Part shown: positions 8,253 through 9,859 of the stretch, in pieces | How positions within the stretch are numbered: position 1 is the first letter of the stretch | Layout: each line of letters starts with the position of its first letter | From: Candidatus Eiseniibacteriota bacterium | Lineage (GTDB): Bacteria; Eisenbacteria; RBG-16-71-46; SZUA-252 | Assembly (NCBI GenBank): GCA_031370645.1 | Contig: JANMQV010000157.1 | Coordinates: forward strand, 1-9,859 | Direction of reading: 5' to 3' | Length of the DNA: 9,859 nt | Notes under the pieces: generated by a model | The model's input: only the letters and a program-made list of their open reading frames with translations | Databases searched by the model: none | What the model was told of the DNA's origin: nothing | Program-made: the position numbers and the translations under genes

Positions 8253-8291
8253 CTAGCTTCCGCCACCTCCGCTGAGTCCGATTTTATGCAC
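8253..8291 (-). CDS. Candidate 12-aa small ORF / leader peptide MHKIGLSGGGGS
   Basis: GTG CAT AAA ATC GGA CTC AGC GGA GGT GGC GGA AGC TAG. The GTG lies 7 nt after the GGAGG core of an exceptionally strong SD. No homology evidence is available. Confidence 0.4.
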   Translation of the reverse strand: MHKIGLSGGGGS

Positions 8292-8307
8292 TGGACCACC
8301 TCCTTTC
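8291..8307 (-). promoter_or_regulatory. Extended Shine-Dalgarno / 16S rRNA 3'-end complement (GAAAGGAGGTGGTCCAG)
   Basis: The plus strand reads ctggaccacctcctttc versus the canonical 16S 3' end CTGGATCACCTCCTTTC (16/17 identical; the difference gives a G-U wobble). Confidence 0.8.
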
Positions 8308-8318
8308 CGCGATACCTA

Positions 8319-8348
8319 ATTTTTCGGCCGATCATGTCGCTAGGTCAA
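8319..8348 (-). promoter_or_regulatory. Possible promoter for the intergenic RNA/leader
   Basis: TTGACC (8348-8343) followed after 18 nt by a weak -10 AAAAAT (8324-8319). The overlapping GCCGAAAA also resembles the sigma28 -10 GCCGATAA. It sits in a locally AT-rich stretch just upstream of the extended SD. Confidence 0.3.
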
Positions 8349-8390
8349 CCGGAAAAATCGTTCGGCCCTCAAGATAGTTTGTGAATTCGT

Positions 8391-9329
8391 TCACGTGCGG
8401 GAGGCCGTCGCGGCGCTCATCCGCTCTAGAATCATGCGCGCAATCTCGTCGCCGCAGGCTTCCTGTGCCTCGCGGGTCGAGGCGCCGATATGGGGCGACG
8501 CGACCATGTTGGGCAGCGACAGAAGCGGGATCGCCCCCGGGGGCTCCGCCGCGAAGACGTCGAGCGCCGCGCCGGCCAACTGCCCCGACTGAAGCGCCGC
8601 CACGAGTGCGGGTTCATCGACAAGGTCGCCCCGAGCGGCATTCACCAGCACCGCTCCCTTCTTCATCGATCCGATCCGCTTCGCGTCGAACATCCGCTTC
8701 GTCTCGGGAGTCACCGGGAGGTGAAGCGTCACGACGTCGGCCTGCGCGAGGAGTTCCTCGAGCGTCACCGGCTCGGCGCCCACGGCCCGAACGGCGGTCG
8801 CGGCGACGAGCGGATCGTAGCCGATGCAGCGCATCTCGAACGCGATCGCGCGCCGGGCGACTTCGCGGCCGATCTTCCCCATGCCGACGATGCCGAGCGT
8901 TTTCCCGCGGAGTTCACAACCCATCAGTTTCGACTTGAGCCACTCGCCGCGGCGAAGCGACGCGTCGGCCTCGGGGAGTTTCCGGAAGAGCGAGAGGAGA
9001 AGCCCGAAGACGAGTTCGGCCACCGCGATCGAATTGGCGCCGGGGACGTTCATCACTTCGATCCCCCGCTCCTTCGCGGCCGCGACGTCGATCGTGTCGA
9101 GCCCGGCGCCCGCGCGGCCGACCCAGCGGAGCCGCGGGGCCGCCTCCATCAACCGGCGCGTCACCTTCGTGGCGCTCCGGACCACCCACGCGTCGATGTC
9201 GGCCACCAGAGGCAGGAGTTGCTCCTCGGTGAGCCCGACCTGCTCCACGACATCCACGCCGGGTGCCGTTCGGAGGAGATCGACGGACGACTTCGGAATC
9301 GAATCGCTGATGAGAATCTTCATGGTCAT
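8391..9329 (-). CDS. serA: D-3-phosphoglycerate dehydrogenase, short form without regulatory domain
   Basis: VRSATKV, GRAGAGLD, N.PGANS.AVAEL, Rossmann ELRGKTLGIVGMGKIG, YDP, and catalytic Arg (NAARG), Glu (DVFAAEPP) and His (SPHIGASTREAQ). It follows a class V aminotransferase. Alternative start at 9323 (MKILISD). Confidence 0.85.
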   Translation of the reverse strand: MTMKILISDSIPKSSVDLLRTAPGVDVVEQVGLTEEQLLPLVADIDAWVVRSATKVTRRLMEAAPRLRWVGRAGAGLDTIDVAAAKERGIEVMNVPGANSIAVAELVFGLLLSLFRKLPEADASLRRGEWLKSKLMGCELRGKTLGIVGMGKIGREVARRAIAFEMRCIGYDPLVAATAVRAVGAEPVTLEELLAQADVVTLHLPVTPETKRMFDAKRIGSMKKGAVLVNAARGDLVDEPALVAALQSGQLAGAALDVFAAEPPGAIPLLSLPNMVASPHIGASTREAQEACGDEIARMILERMSAATASRT

Positions 9330-9338
9330 TGTCGCCGC

Positions 9339-9859
9339 CTACGCGACGGCGACCGGTGCGGTGGCGCGCCGGAAGTTTTCGTGCGCCGCGCGGACGGCCG
9401 TGCCCGGCTCGACGCGGTGCCCGTGATCGGAGAGCGCCGACTCGAATGCACCGACGAGCCGGAGAATGTCTCCCATGTCGTAATAGCCGATGTGACCGAG
9501 GCGGAAGATCTTCCCCTTGAGCGAATCCTGCCCGCCCGCGATCTTCACGCCGTAACGCTTCTCCATGGTCTTCACCACCGCACCGCCGTCGATGCCGGCC
9601 GGAACCGCGATGGCGGTGACGGCGTTACTCGGCACTTCGGCGAAGAGCGGGAGGCCGAGCGCGGCCACGGCCGCACGCGTCGCGTCGGCGTTCCGTTCGT
9701 GGCGAAGGAAGACGTTTTCCCGACCTTCCGCCGCCATCATCGATGCCGCGGCGTGCGCCGCGATCACGAGCGAGATCGCCGGCGTGAAGGGCGTATCGCC
9801 CTTCTCCAGCGAGGCGCGCGCCTTCGTAAGATTGAAATAGAACTTAGGCAGCGTCGCCT
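9339..9859 (-). CDS. Class V PLP-dependent aminotransferase (alanine-glyoxylate/serine-pyruvate family; probable phosphoserine aminotransferase), 5'-truncated
   Basis: The frame is open to the window edge: ...ATLPKFYFNLTKARASLEKGDTPFTPAISLV... then SNAVTA and IAGGQDSLKGKIFRLGHIGY, typical of this family's C-terminal half. The track's start at 9767 is internal. Confidence 0.92.
   Translation of the reverse strand, partial: ATLPKFYFNLTKARASLEKGDTPFTPAISLVIAAHAAASMMAAEGRENVFLRHERNADATRAAVAALGLPLFAEVPSNAVTAIAVPAGIDGGAVVKTMEKRYGVKIAGGQDSLKGKIFRLGHIGYYDMGDILRLVGAFESALSDHGHRVEPGTAVRAAHENFRRATAPVAVA

Noticed and set aside
8253..8291. Type I toxin peptide behind the super-SD
   Set aside because: The peptide is only 12 aa and Gly-rich with no hydrophobic helix, unlike TxpA/Fst/Hok-type toxins, and no antisense unit is evident.
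8291..8307. Remnant or fragment of a 16S rRNA gene on the plus strand
   Set aside because: The match is limited to 17 nt. Upstream sequence does not continue into helix 45 (no GTAACC/GGGGAACCTGCGG-like sequence) and no ITS or tRNA follows.
8132..8335. 67-aa minus-strand ORF MIGRKIRYRGKEVVQ...
   Set aside because: It has no SD at its ATG, starts within the putative promoter spacer, runs through hairpins and the terminator, and shows no recognisable motif.
8150..8390. Known riboswitch (glycine, SAM, c-di-GMP), T-box or tRNA in the serA-cupredoxin gap
   Set aside because: I could not find the diagnostic consensus elements of these families or a cloverleaf by eye. An Rfam scan is still needed.
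3958..9341. Genome-wide TAG recoding (pyrrolysine or alternative genetic code)
   Set aside because: TAG ends purA at the expected length directly before a terminator, and no internal TAG interrupts conserved domains.
3119..9840. Remaining short overlapping ORFs in the track (e.g. 3832-4710+, 5475-6011+, 6832-7476+, 8824-9426+)
   Set aside because: These are off-frame or antisense ORFs expected in high-GC DNA, largely overlapping well-supported genes and lacking motifs.
1..9859. Mobile elements, CRISPR arrays, tandem repeats
   Set aside because: No transposase, integrase, terminal inverted repeats or repeat-spacer periodicity was seen. Short runs such as cagcagcag (~2560) are simply Leu codons.

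Overview
GC-rich bacterial chromosomal window in which all credible genes lie on the minus strand. In transcription order (right to left): a 5'-truncated class V PLP aminotransferase (probable non-canonical SerC), a short ACT-less serA, and a 265-nt intergenic region with an unusual structured element. Next come a type-1 copper cupredoxin with a lipoprotein-like signal peptide, a BpsA/SrsA-like type III PKS, an ICMT-family methyltransferase and thrH (phosphoserine phosphatase). These are followed by purA with its own sigma70-like promoter and terminator, an ABC ATPase, and a large ORF of at least 981 aa that the ORF track missed because it runs off the window. That ORF fuses two ABC-2 permease units to an M1 zinc aminopeptidase domain. 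Highlights: (1) the serA-cupredoxin intergenic element, with a 17-nt perfect complement (one G-U) of the canonical 16S rRNA 3' end, a 12-codon Gly/Ser-rich sORF, competing hairpins and a terminator; (2) a cupredoxin-PKS III-methyltransferase cassette sitting inside a serine-biosynthesis cluster; (3) an ECF-type promoter embedded inside the purA terminator, in front of the ABC/aminopeptidase system. No tRNA, rRNA gene, CRISPR array or mobile element was seen. All assignments come from manual reading and motif recognition; no database search was run.
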